Shown in pieces: positions 20,218 through 29,963 of a stretch of DNA of 64,000 bases. The stretch lies in contig NZ_CAXVWK010000055.1 of assembly GCF_964263795.1 (NCBI RefSeq), forward strand, positions 34,157 through 98,156, read 5' to 3'. Under the pieces are notes generated by a model, which made no database searches, was not told the origin of the DNA, and worked only from the letters and a program-made list of their open reading frames with translations. The translations under genes were made by a program, and so were the position numbers. Source of the stretch: Mucilaginibacter sp. (lineage in GTDB: Bacteria; Bacteroidota; Bacteroidia; Sphingobacteriales; Sphingobacteriaceae). The stretch's first letter is position 1. Each line of letters begins with the position of its first letter.

Positions 20218-20916
20218 TTATTCCGCATAAGCTATTGTTGCAATGCTCAAGGTTAATCCCGGTACTTTTAATAATTCAATCCCGCATGCCTCAAGTGTCG
20301 ATCCGGTGGTGACAATATCATCAACCAGCAATACATGCTTACCGGCAAGGTCATCCGGGCGGGCCACCTCAAAAACCTCCTTCATATTCTCGAACCTTGC
20401 AAAGCGCGATTTATGCGTTTGTGTTTTGGTGGCCACGCGGCGTACCAGGTTATCAATATCTACCGTTGCATCAAGTTTTTGCGCAAGGCCTTCGGCAAAG
20501 CAGGCGCTTTGATTATAGCCACGCTCCCTTAATCGTTTTTTGTGCAATGGTACCGGTATGATCACATCGGCAGCGTTAAATACAACTGATTGTGAAAGCT
20601 GCCTGCCTGCTATTTGCCCAAGTAGGTTACCAATTTTGTGCATTCCGTTGTATTTAAACTGGTGCATCATATTTTGTATATGGCCGCCTTTGTTAAAATA
20701 GTATAATGCATAAGCACCATTGATAGATAGCTTGCCCCAAAACTGGCGCGCTACACTATTATCCGGTTGTTGATGGAAATTAGTAAAGGGTAGATTATAA
20801 AGGCAATCAGTACAAAGCAAGTCTTCGTTAGCCATCAGGCTGGCGCGGCAGGCAACACAAAGTTGTGGGAAGATCAGCGAAACAAAATCGCCCAGGTAGG
20901 TGCGTAAAACTTGCAT
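20218..20916 (-). CDS. ComF family phosphoribosyltransferase-like protein
   Basis: N-terminal C-x2-C Zn ribbon; IPVPLHKKRLRERGYNQS; VLLVDDIVTTGST. Confidence 0.9.
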   Translation of the reverse strand: MQVLRTYLGDFVSLIFPQLCVACRASLMANEDLLCTDCLYNLPFTNFHQQPDNSVARQFWGKLSINGAYALYYFNKGGHIQNMMHQFKYNGMHKIGNLLGQIAGRQLSQSVVFNAADVIIPVPLHKKRLRERGYNQSACFAEGLAQKLDATVDIDNLVRRVATKTQTHKSRFARFENMKEVFEVARPDDLAGKHVLLVDDIVTTGSTLEACGIELLKVPGLTLSIATIAYAE

Positions 20917-20937
20917 GCCTGTAATTTAGGCAGAAAA

Positions 20938-22011
20938 TTAAACTACTGCCGCAGTTTCTTTCTCTTTTTCATTAATGGCCAGTTGTCCGCATGCTGCGTC
21001 GATATCCTTACCACGGCTGCGGCGCAAGTTGGTGTTTATGCCCTGGCTGCGCAGGTAATCTGCAAACTTTTCTACCTTATCTTCGCCAGCGTTGATATAG
21101 GAAGCAAAAGATATCGGGTTATATTCAATGATGTTTACCTTGCACGGCAGGTGTTTGCAAAACTTGGCCAATTCTATAGCATCCTGCAAGGTATCGTTTA
21201 CACCGTCAAAAATTATGTATTCGTAAGTTACGGCGTTTTTGGTTTTAGCGTAGTAATATTTAAGTGCATCGGCGAGTGACTTTAACGAATTTTGCTCATT
21301 GATAGGCATTATGGTATTTCGTTTTTCGTCGTTAGCGGCATGCAGCGATAAAGCCAGATTAAACTTCACCTCGTCGTCGCCCAATTTGCGTATCATCTTG
21401 GCAATGCCCGCTGTAGATACCGTTATGCGCTTTGCGGCCATGTTCAATCCGTCTTCGGCAGTAATGCGTTCTATCGATTTTAAAACGTTGGCATAATTCA
21501 GCAAAGGCTCGCCCATGCCCATGTAAACAATGTTAGACAAGGGAATGCCATAATTTTCGCGCGCCTGTTTATCTATCAGCACAACCTGGTCGTAAATTTC
21601 ACCAGGGTTAAGGTTGCGTTTGCGCTCCATGTAGCCGGTAGCGCAAAATTTACAGGTAAGGCTGCATCCAACCTGTGATGATACGCAGGCGGTCATCCTA
21701 TCGGCTGTAGGAATTAAAACACCCTCAATTAGGTGAGTATCATGTAATATAAAGGAATTTTTTATAGTTTTATCAGCACTAATCTGTGAGGTGTTTATTT
21801 TAACATTATTGATGCTGAAATTTTCATTGAGTTTAGTACGTAGTTCTTTTGAAATATTGCTCATTTCATCAAAGGATAAACAAGATTTTTTCCAAAGCCA
21901 TTCGTAAACCTGTTTTGCGCGGAAGCCCTTCTCGTCCATCGCGAGAAAGTGCTGTTGCAAAGCGTCTAAGCTAAGGCTGCGTATATCTATTTTACCTTTT
22001 ATGTTGTTCAC
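20938..22011 (-). CDS. rlmN: 23S rRNA (adenine(2503)-C2)-methyltransferase
   Basis: CVSSQVGCSLTCKFC, MGMGEPLLN, SLHA, DIDAACGQL. Confidence 0.97.
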   Translation of the reverse strand: MNNIKGKIDIRSLSLDALQQHFLAMDEKGFRAKQVYEWLWKKSCLSFDEMSNISKELRTKLNENFSINNVKINTSQISADKTIKNSFILHDTHLIEGVLIPTADRMTACVSSQVGCSLTCKFCATGYMERKRNLNPGEIYDQVVLIDKQARENYGIPLSNIVYMGMGEPLLNYANVLKSIERITAEDGLNMAAKRITVSTAGIAKMIRKLGDDEVKFNLALSLHAANDEKRNTIMPINEQNSLKSLADALKYYYAKTKNAVTYEYIIFDGVNDTLQDAIELAKFCKHLPCKVNIIEYNPISFASYINAGEDKVEKFADYLRSQGINTNLRRSRGKDIDAACGQLAINEKEKETAAVV

Positions 22012-22153
22012 AATGCAAAAGTAACTATTTTTAAAAAATTCGTTCCTTTTTTAAAGTCATTCTTTTATAACATTAAAAACAATAACTAAAGGTTAATTGT
22101 TGCTTTATCTGAATGGATTTAAAAGTTTTTTAGAAGATGCTAAGTTATATTTC

Positions 22154-23326
22154 ATGAAAAGTTTTAAAGCCGATTACGTTTTCCCTGTTTATGCCGATCC
22201 AATAAAGAATGGAATTGTTACTATAGATGATTTTGGAAAGATCCTCTCCGTTTCAGACACTCCTAATCCCGAATATGATCAAATCCCGATAGAAACCCTT
22301 TCGGGCATCATCACCCCCGGGTTTATCAATACACACTGCCACGTTGAATTATCGCACCTTAAAGATAAAGTAAAACCCGGTGGCGGCCTTATCAATTTTA
22401 TTCAGGATATACAGTCGGTGCGCAATGCCGACGCAAGTGAGATACGCGACGCTGCTCTGCAGGCCGACCAGCAAATGTACGACAATGGCATTGTTGCAGT
22501 AGGCGATACAGCTAACAGTAACGCTACCGTTAGGCTGAAAGAACAAAGCAAGCTTTACTACCACACCTTTGTTGAAATATTTGGTTTTTTGCCCGACCGT
22601 GCTGATGAGCTGTTTGAAAAGGCCGAGCAATTGGCAAATGAATTTCGCCCACAGGCTGTGTCTATCACTGCTCATGCGCCGTATTCAGTTTCAAAAGAAT
22701 TATTTAAATTAATAAAGCGCTACACCGACGAGAATAAAAATTTGCTAAGCATCCACAACCAGGAATGCGAGGACGAGAATAAATTTTATCGTTATAAACT
22801 GGGCGGCTTTGTTGATATGTACAAGCATTTTGGTATCAACATCGATTATTTCCGGCCGCAGGCCCGTAATTCTTTGCAGTCGGTTATACCGTTATTAAGT
22901 AACCGCCAAAAAATATTGATGGTGCATAACACCTGCACCAATCTTAAAGATATTTATTTCATCAAACGGTTCGACCGGAAAATCAACTGGTGCTTTTGCC
23001 CTAATGCTAATATCTATATTGAAAAGCGCCTGCCAAAAGTTGAGCTTTTTGTAAACCAGGGGCTCAATATAACCCTTGGCACAGATAGCCTTGCCTCTAA
23101 CAGCGGGCTAAGCATACTAAGCGAGATGCAGACCATCGATCAAAAGTTCCCGTCATTAGGTTTAGAAACATTGTTACAATGGGCCACCCGCAACGGTGCC
23201 GAATTTTTGGATATTGCCGAAACTAAAGGCACTATTGAACCTGGTAAAACCCCCGGCTTAAACTTGCTTACCAGTGTCGACGGCACAAAACTTACTCCCG
23301 AAACCAAAGTGAGAAAGCTTATTTAA
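22154..23326 (+). CDS. amidohydrolase family protein (nucleoside/futalosine deaminase-like)
   Basis: PGFINTHCHVE, HAPYSVS, SIHNQE, LGTDSLASN; ATG 22154 preferred over TTG 22097. Confidence 0.85.
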   Translation: MKSFKADYVFPVYADPIKNGIVTIDDFGKILSVSDTPNPEYDQIPIETLSGIITPGFINTHCHVELSHLKDKVKPGGGLINFIQDIQSVRNADASEIRDAALQADQQMYDNGIVAVGDTANSNATVRLKEQSKLYYHTFVEIFGFLPDRADELFEKAEQLANEFRPQAVSITAHAPYSVSKELFKLIKRYTDENKNLLSIHNQECEDENKFYRYKLGGFVDMYKHFGINIDYFRPQARNSLQSVIPLLSNRQKILMVHNTCTNLKDIYFIKRFDRKINWCFCPNANIYIEKRLPKVELFVNQGLNITLGTDSLASNSGLSILSEMQTIDQKFPSLGLETLLQWATRNGAEFLDIAETKGTIEPGKTPGLNLLTSVDGTKLTPETKVRKLI

Positions 23327-23445
23327 TAACCTTATTTGACGATTTGAAATTAATATGTGTTGCTTATTTAATTAAATAGGCAGTAATTTGGTGTGATTGG
23401 CTTCCCCCGGATGAATCAACAATCTTCAGATTAAATATTTTAAAA

Positions 23446-23727
23446 TTGAAAAAGCATATAAATATTACGGTTAAAGGTAAAGTGCAGGGCGTTTTCTTTA
23501 GGGCGGGTGCCAAAGCCGTTGCCGACCAGTTAGGCGTTAAGGGCTTTGTAAAGAATGAGCCTAATGGCGACGTTTACATTGAAGCCGAAGCTGATGACAC
23601 CTTTATGGAAATGTTTTTGGACTGGTGCCACGAAGGGGCAGAACATGCTGTAGTAACTGCTGTTGAAACCCATGAGGGCGAATTAAAAAACTATCGTAAT
23701 TTTGAGGTTGTAAAAAAGAGTTTATAA
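23446..23727 (+). CDS. acyP: acylphosphatase
   Basis: VKGKVQGVFFR..GVKGFVKNEPNGDVYIEAE. Confidence 0.92.
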   Translation: MKKHINITVKGKVQGVFFRAGAKAVADQLGVKGFVKNEPNGDVYIEAEADDTFMEMFLDWCHEGAEHAVVTAVETHEGELKNYRNFEVVKKSL

Positions 23728-23747
23728 GTACACTTAACTTTCTTTAA

Positions 23748-25250
23748 TTGTCAACCGCTAAAAAATTCGCCGGGCAAACAGCTATATATGGTTTAAGTAC
23801 TATAGCAGGCAGGGTGTTAAGCTTTTTCCTTACACCGGTATATACAAGGGCTTACTCCGCCAAAGTTTACGGTATTTTTGGTAACCTATACAGCTATGCA
23901 TCTATGCTTAACGCACTCCTTGCATTCGGTATGGAAACCACCTTTTTTAGATACCTTAATAAAAAGCCCGAGAGTAAACAGCTTGTTTATAATAATACAT
24001 TCGGCGCTATCCTTTGCATATCGGGATTGTTTTTTTTACTCACTTTTCCGTTCGCTAATTTTATCACCGGATTTTTGCGTATCGACTCCAGCACCCCATT
24101 TGCCGAATATGTGTTGTACACAAAATACTTCATAGGCATTTTAATTGTAGATGCTTTATGCGTTATCCCTTTTGCAAAGATCCGCGCTGATGGCCGGCCA
24201 GGTCGGTACAGCCTGGTTAAATTTTTAAATGTAGTAATTTTTGTAAGCTTAAACCTGTTTTTTATTTACGGGCTGCCTTTTTACATTAAGCATAATTTGC
24301 CTGGTACAGTGTGGGTAAACAGCTGGTATATCAAAGGCTGGTTAGGCTATGTGTTCATGTCTAACTTAATTACAAGTGTAATAACCCTGCTCATGCTCAT
24401 GCCGGAGTTTATGAAACTGAGGCCCAATTTTAGTAAAGCCTTGTTTATGGAAATGCTGGTTTACAGTTGGCCTGTACTTGTTGCCAATTTTTCGTACCTC
24501 ATAAATGAAAATCTTGATAAGATATTATTAGGAAAACTGCTGCCGGTAAATGAAAGTGCTACGCAGGTGGGCATTTATACCGCATGTGCAAAAATTTCTA
24601 TTTTCCTCAGCATTTTTGTCAATGCATTCCGGTTGGGGGCCGAGCCTTTCTTTTTTAGTCATGCTAAAAATAAAAATGCTACGCAAACCTACGCCCGTAT
24701 CATGAATTATTTTGTAATCGCTGTATGCCTGATCTTTGTAGCGCTTGTGGCTAATATTGAAATACTGAAGTATTTTATAAAGGGTAAAAATGCTGCACAA
24801 GCAGCTATATATTGGTCGGGTATTAATGTAATCCCTGTATTGTTGTTCGGGTATGTAAGTTTAGGAATCTACATGAATTTATCGGTATGGTATAAACTTA
24901 CCGATCAAACTAAATACGGGTTATATATTTCTGGAGCGGGTGCCTTAGTTACCATAGTGCTTAATGTTATTTTTATTCCTCATTACGGCTACATCGCCTC
25001 CGCATGGATCTCATTGATCGCTTACTCCAGCATGATGGTGTTATCATACATCTGGGGACAAAAAAACTATCCCATCCCTTATAACATTAAAAAGAACAGC
25101 GCTTATATTATTATTTCGGTTGTGCTCGTTTATTTATCATTCAGCATATTTAAGCGCAATATTTTTATAGGGAATGGCCTGCTGATTTTATTTGGGTTAG
25201 GCGCATTGTATAGTGAACGGGTAGAACTCAGAGCGCTGTTAAAACGATAG
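23748..25250 (+). CDS. oligosaccharide flippase / polysaccharide biosynthesis protein (MOP superfamily)
   Basis: many TM helices; AGQTAIYGLS, GMETTFFRY, FRLGAEPFFF. Confidence 0.85.
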   Translation: MSTAKKFAGQTAIYGLSTIAGRVLSFFLTPVYTRAYSAKVYGIFGNLYSYASMLNALLAFGMETTFFRYLNKKPESKQLVYNNTFGAILCISGLFFLLTFPFANFITGFLRIDSSTPFAEYVLYTKYFIGILIVDALCVIPFAKIRADGRPGRYSLVKFLNVVIFVSLNLFFIYGLPFYIKHNLPGTVWVNSWYIKGWLGYVFMSNLITSVITLLMLMPEFMKLRPNFSKALFMEMLVYSWPVLVANFSYLINENLDKILLGKLLPVNESATQVGIYTACAKISIFLSIFVNAFRLGAEPFFFSHAKNKNATQTYARIMNYFVIAVCLIFVALVANIEILKYFIKGKNAAQAAIYWSGINVIPVLLFGYVSLGIYMNLSVWYKLTDQTKYGLYISGAGALVTIVLNVIFIPHYGYIASAWISLIAYSSMMVLSYIWGQKNYPIPYNIKKNSAYIIISVVLVYLSFSIFKRNIFIGNGLLILFGLGALYSERVELRALLKR

Positions 25251-25287
25251 TAATTATAGGCGCTTACTTTTCGCAGATACCATATAT

Positions 25288-27024
25288 ATGAAACGTATAG
25301 CACTAACATTTATAGGATTGAGTGTGTCACTTGCCGGCTTTGCCCAAAGCAAACCAGGTAAGGATAATGCTGCTATTGTTATTGCAGCCAGGCCGCTTAC
25401 TTATGCCGATAGCGGATTGGTTAGGCAGCTGTTCTTTTCGGCCCTGCGCGAAAAAACTGTAGATAATTACAAATTAGCCACTGAATTTTTTAACCGGGTG
25501 CTGCAGATAGACCCTGCCAATGATGCTTCGATGTTTGAGCTGGCTAATCTGGAAAAAGCGCAGAATAACCCAAAAGCTTCACGCGTTTTGCTGGAACGGG
25601 CTGTTACCGTAAACCCCGATAACGAATGGTACTGGGTAGCACTTGCCGATAGCTACGAGAAAACGAATGATATTGCCAAGCTGGAGAATGTTTTTACCGA
25701 GTTGATTCAGATCAACCCAAATAAACCTGATTACTATTACGATAAGGCAAACGCTTACGCTATCCAGAAAAGATATGACGAAGCGCTTAAACTTTTTGAC
25801 AAAGTGGAAGATTTGGCCGGCCCAAGCGACGACCTGCTTAGCAACCGTCAAAAAATTTATCTTAAACAGGGTGATATAAAAAAAGCAGCCGCTGATTTAG
25901 AGAAAGCTATCGCGAGCAACCCCGATCAGTTGCGTTATTACCTGATGCTAGCGGATATCTATAATTCAAATAATCTGAATGATAAAGCTACCGCTGTTTT
26001 AGAGCGTGCAAAAAAACTCGACCCTAATAACGGGACGCTGCACCTGGCCCTTGCCGATATGTATCGCGAGAAAAAAAATTATGAGGCTAGTTTTAATGAA
26101 CTGAAAATTGCATTTGCTGTCCCCGATATTGATATCGAGCAAAAGATCAAGATCATAATGGGTTATTCGCCGCAATTTCCTGACCCTAACGCAAGACTGA
26201 GCGCACTGGAATTAGGTAAGATCATCGCGGCTACGCATCCAACAAATAATAAAGCGTTTGCCATTTACGGCGATATGCTGCTGCAAAACGAAAAATTTAA
26301 AGAAGCTAAAGAGGCTTATAAAAAATCAATTTATTTGAACAGCCAGGCTTACATTGTGCACGAGCAACTGGTAAGGTTAGAGTTGGGCGATAACGATTTT
26401 GAAAGTGCCATCCGCGATGGAGAGAACGCCCTTTCTTACTTTCCTAACCAGGCATGGATGAATTACCTGGTTGGTGTTGCCTGGATGCAAAAGAAAAATT
26501 TTAGCAAAGCGGTTGGATATCTTAAAAATGCGTCATCACTGGAGGTGCAGGACAATGAGTTGTTGTCGCAAACTTATTCTGCTTTGGGCGATAGCTATCA
26601 TTCCCTGAATGATAACAAAAATTCGGACGTAGCTTATGACAAGGCGTTGAGCTATAATCCGGATAACGCATTTACACTCAACAATTACGCTTATTATTTG
26701 TCGTTAAGGAACGAGCAACTGGATAAAGCCGCCCGAATGTCTAAGCATAGTAACGATTTACTGCCTAACACCGCATCGTTTGAAGATACTTATGCGTGGA
26801 TCCTGTTTAAACAAAAGGATTACGCGGGCGCTAAACTTTGGATAGAAAAATCGCTCTTACATGATAAAGAAGCCAGCGCTGTTAAAACAGAGCATTATGG
26901 CGATATCATGTACTTACTTGGCAACGCGGATGCTGCGCTTAAACAATGGACCAAGGCAAAAGCACAAGGTGGCGCATCGGCTGTTTTAGAACGAAAGATC
27001 AATGAGAAGAAATATTTGGAATAA
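25288..27024 (+). CDS. tetratricopeptide repeat protein
   Basis: signal peptide; many 34-aa TPR-like units (..LQIDPANDA.., ..NPDNEWYW.., ..YDKALSYNPDNAFTLNNYAY). Confidence 0.88.
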   Translation: MKRIALTFIGLSVSLAGFAQSKPGKDNAAIVIAARPLTYADSGLVRQLFFSALREKTVDNYKLATEFFNRVLQIDPANDASMFELANLEKAQNNPKASRVLLERAVTVNPDNEWYWVALADSYEKTNDIAKLENVFTELIQINPNKPDYYYDKANAYAIQKRYDEALKLFDKVEDLAGPSDDLLSNRQKIYLKQGDIKKAAADLEKAIASNPDQLRYYLMLADIYNSNNLNDKATAVLERAKKLDPNNGTLHLALADMYREKKNYEASFNELKIAFAVPDIDIEQKIKIIMGYSPQFPDPNARLSALELGKIIAATHPTNNKAFAIYGDMLLQNEKFKEAKEAYKKSIYLNSQAYIVHEQLVRLELGDNDFESAIRDGENALSYFPNQAWMNYLVGVAWMQKKNFSKAVGYLKNASSLEVQDNELLSQTYSALGDSYHSLNDNKNSDVAYDKALSYNPDNAFTLNNYAYYLSLRNEQLDKAARMSKHSNDLLPNTASFEDTYAWILFKQKDYAGAKLWIEKSLLHDKEASAVKTEHYGDIMYLLGNADAALKQWTKAKAQGGASAVLERKINEKKYLE

Positions 27025-27796
27025 AATTGCATGCATCGGATTGCTCATTATCGCATCCGGTTGCGCATCAAAAAAACTAATGGTAGTAAAGCGCCCAACG
27101 GCCGATTCTGCAGCGGTTGTTAAAACTAATGATTTGGCTGCCAGGGTAGCGGCCATCCGTTCAAAGCAAGTAAGCTTTAATACCTTCTCCGGCAAGGCCA
27201 AAGCAAAGCTGGTAGTTAATGGCAATGATAATGATGTTACGCTAAATATCCGCATCAACCGGGATCAAAAAATATGGATCTCTATTACTGCTATAGCTGG
27301 TATTGAGGTAGCGCGCGCGCAGATCACGCCGGATAGCTTATTGGTAGTAAACCGGCTGCAAAGCGTTTATCTTAAAAAGCCGTTCAGCTATATTTACGGT
27401 TACGCCAGCAAGCAGGTTAATTTTAAAACTGTACAGTCTTTGTTGGTAGGTAATGCCATTGGCGAGTTGGTTAACGAGAACGCCACTTACACACCAGAAG
27501 GTAACAATACGGCGGTTACCGGCAATTTGCAGGGTTTACTTTATAAGCTGCTTTTAGGTGCCGATTTAAAGGTTACCCAAACCAATCTATCCAACAACGC
27601 CGGCCGGCAATCATTACAGGTTGCTAATAACGTGTTTATACAGGCTACGAACCGGGTGATACCTTCACAAATAGATATTTTATCTACAGCAGGCAACAAT
27701 AAGATACAGGCTAACTTACGTTATACCAAAGCCGATTTCGACTTGCCTTTAGAATATCCTTTTAGTATCCCAAAAAGTTACGAGCCCGCTAATTAA
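27002..27796 (+). CDS. DUF4292 family lipoprotein
   Basis: lipobox IASGC; LNIRINRDQKIWISIT..GIEVARAQITPDS; usual TPR-DUF4292-M23 context. Confidence 0.82.
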   Translation: MRRNIWNKIACIGLLIIASGCASKKLMVVKRPTADSAAVVKTNDLAARVAAIRSKQVSFNTFSGKAKAKLVVNGNDNDVTLNIRINRDQKIWISITAIAGIEVARAQITPDSLLVVNRLQSVYLKKPFSYIYGYASKQVNFKTVQSLLVGNAIGELVNENATYTPEGNNTAVTGNLQGLLYKLLLGADLKVTQTNLSNNAGRQSLQVANNVFIQATNRVIPSQIDILSTAGNNKIQANLRYTKADFDLPLEYPFSIPKSYEPAN

Positions 27797-27815
27797 AAAA
27801 TTATATTTTTGGTGG

Positions 27816-29126
27816 ATGAAATTTTTTAGAACCGCCTTCTTTCTATTCTGCGTATTTGCGGCTACAGGTGTATTTGCACAAAGCAGCTCGGAGTTAAAAC
27901 GCAGGCGCGATAAATATACAGAAGAGCTGGAGCAGCTTAACCGTGAATATCAGGAAACGGCCAGCAATAAAAAGGTTTCATTAAAGCAATTAAACATTCT
28001 AAAGGCGCAGATCAACCTTAGGGAAGAGAAGATAGCCAACATCAACTCCGAGGTACGTAATCTCGATAACCAGATCTCGCAAAGCAATAATACCGTACGT
28101 ACCTTACAAAGCCAGTTAGACCAGCTTAAAAAAGAATATGCAGGTATGGTGCTGTTTGCCTATCGCAACCAAAGTGCCTACAACAAGCTGATGTTTATTT
28201 TTGCAGCAAAGGATTTTAACCAGGCCTACCGCCGTTTAAAATACCTGCAGCAATTTGGTACCTATCGCGAGCGCCAGGCAGGTTATATTCAGGGTACGCA
28301 AAAGGACCTGAACAATAAGATTGTTGAGCTCGACAGGAATAAAAAGCAAAAGAATAATCTGCTTACCGAGCAGGAAAAGGAAAAAGAAACGCTAGGTAAA
28401 GAGAAAACCAACCAGGTGAAGGTGATTGTAGACCTGTCTAAACATCAGGGCGAGATTAAAAAGCAACAGCGTGATGTGCAAAAACGGATAGCGCAAACCA
28501 GGCGCCAGATAGATATTGCCATCCGTAAAGAAATTGAGGATGCCCGGCGCGAGGCCGAAGCAAGGGCAGCTGCCGCGGCAAGAGCAGCGGCGGCAGCTGC
28601 CGCAAAAGCAAAGGCCGAGAACAAAGAAGTTGTTGGTCCGTCGGTCAGTAAGAAAACAATAACCAAAGCATCAACAAACAGCGAAGTGCTTAATGCAACG
28701 CCAGAGGCTACACGTCTTTCTAACGACTTTTTGGGTAACCGCGGCCGTTTACCATGGCCGGTAGCCAATGGCCAACTGGTGCATGGTTTTGGCACTTACA
28801 CCGATAGCGAGGGCATCCGTAATGATAACCCGGGTTATGAAATAAGAACGGCTAACGGTGCCGCCGTAAGGGCCGTTTTTGAAGGCGAGGTGGTTAAAGT
28901 GATGGATGTGAGCGGTACTTATCTTATCATCATAAAACATGGCGAGTACTTTACTGCATACTCCAACCTACGGTCGGTAAATGTGGCTAAGGGGCAAAAG
29001 GTATCAACCAAGCAAAGTATCGGCACGGTTGCTACAGACCCAAGCAGCGGCGAGGCCGAGGTGATCTTTGCGCTTTATCAGGGTAAAACTGTTGTCAATC
29101 CTAAGCTTTGGCTGGCAGACAATTAG
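27816..29126 (+). CDS. murein hydrolase activator EnvC family (coiled coil + M23)
   Basis: long coiled coil; RGRLPWPV, VRAVFEGEV, IIKHGEYFTAYSNL, V.KGQKV. Confidence 0.88.
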   Translation: MKFFRTAFFLFCVFAATGVFAQSSSELKRRRDKYTEELEQLNREYQETASNKKVSLKQLNILKAQINLREEKIANINSEVRNLDNQISQSNNTVRTLQSQLDQLKKEYAGMVLFAYRNQSAYNKLMFIFAAKDFNQAYRRLKYLQQFGTYRERQAGYIQGTQKDLNNKIVELDRNKKQKNNLLTEQEKEKETLGKEKTNQVKVIVDLSKHQGEIKKQQRDVQKRIAQTRRQIDIAIRKEIEDARREAEARAAAAARAAAAAAAKAKAENKEVVGPSVSKKTITKASTNSEVLNATPEATRLSNDFLGNRGRLPWPVANGQLVHGFGTYTDSEGIRNDNPGYEIRTANGAAVRAVFEGEVVKVMDVSGTYLIIIKHGEYFTAYSNLRSVNVAKGQKVSTKQSIGTVATDPSSGEAEVIFALYQGKTVVNPKLWLADN

Positions 29127-29180
29127 TAGAACTTTATAGCGTTGTAATTGTATATATTTGTAACTTTAATTATTACCGGA

Positions 29181-29639
29181 ATGTTAGGTACAGTTTTTTT
29201 ATTTTTGAATATAGGTGGCGGCGAAATGATATTGATCGTGTTTGCTGCACTGATGCTGTTTGGGGGCGAAAAACTTCCGGAACTTGCGCGTGGGTTAGGT
29301 AAGGGCATCCGTGATTTTAAGGATGCATCTGAAGATGTTAAGCGCGAGATCAACAACCAGATCAACAACTACGAGGAAAAGAAAACTGAACCGCAAAAAA
29401 GCTTAGAAGAAGAAAAGTTACAGGGATACGAACCGGTTGCCGGTACATTGCCTGCTTTTGAAGGCCATTCCGCCACAGATGCTATTGAGGAGACCGAGTT
29501 GCAAAATCCGGAAGCGCCTGAGACTTATGAGGACACACAATTAAAGCACCCGGTAACAGGCCATTATGATAGCCCGGCTGCGGAGCAGGTTACACAGGAA
29601 AAGCCGGAACAAAAAACCACCATTGAGCAATACAAGTAG
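29181..29639 (+). CDS. tatA: TatA/E family subunit with long acidic C-terminal extension
   Basis: IGGGEMILIVFAALMLFGGEKLPELARGLGKGIRDFK; ATG 29181 preferred over TTG 29148. Confidence 0.8.
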   Translation: MLGTVFLFLNIGGGEMILIVFAALMLFGGEKLPELARGLGKGIRDFKDASEDVKREINNQINNYEEKKTEPQKSLEEEKLQGYEPVAGTLPAFEGHSATDAIEETELQNPEAPETYEDTQLKHPVTGHYDSPAAEQVTQEKPEQKTTIEQYK

Positions 29640-29676
29640 TCATAAAATATTAACATAACATAAAATTTAAATCATC

Positions 29677-29865
29677 ATGGGTGGATTAGGCGCACCAGAA
29701 ATTATTCTGATCATCGTTGCAATATTAATTATGTTCGGCGGTAAAAAAATTCCTGAACTAATGAAAGGTTTGGGCAAAGGTGTAAAAGAATTCAAAGACG
29801 CGCAAAACGGTGAAACCAACACCGCCAGCACTACAACGTCTGCAGAAGATAAACCTAAGGTTTAG
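29677..29865 (+). CDS. tatA: twin-arginine translocase TatA/E
   Basis: [31 protein letters not shown]. Confidence 0.93.
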   Translation: MGGLGAPEIILIIVAILIMFGGKKIPELMKGLGKGVKEFKDAQNGETNTASTTTSAEDKPKV

Positions 29866-29963
29866 TCTTTACAATATTAATGCGGTCATAATGGCCGTAT
29901 AGCTTATAAACTTATCTGTTGAAATATTTATGCTTCAACGGATAAGTTTTTTATTTTTAGCCC

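Noticed and set aside
28540-28620. Poly-Ala run in EnvC
   Set aside because: Ordinary low-complexity linker of EnvC/TolA-type coiled coils
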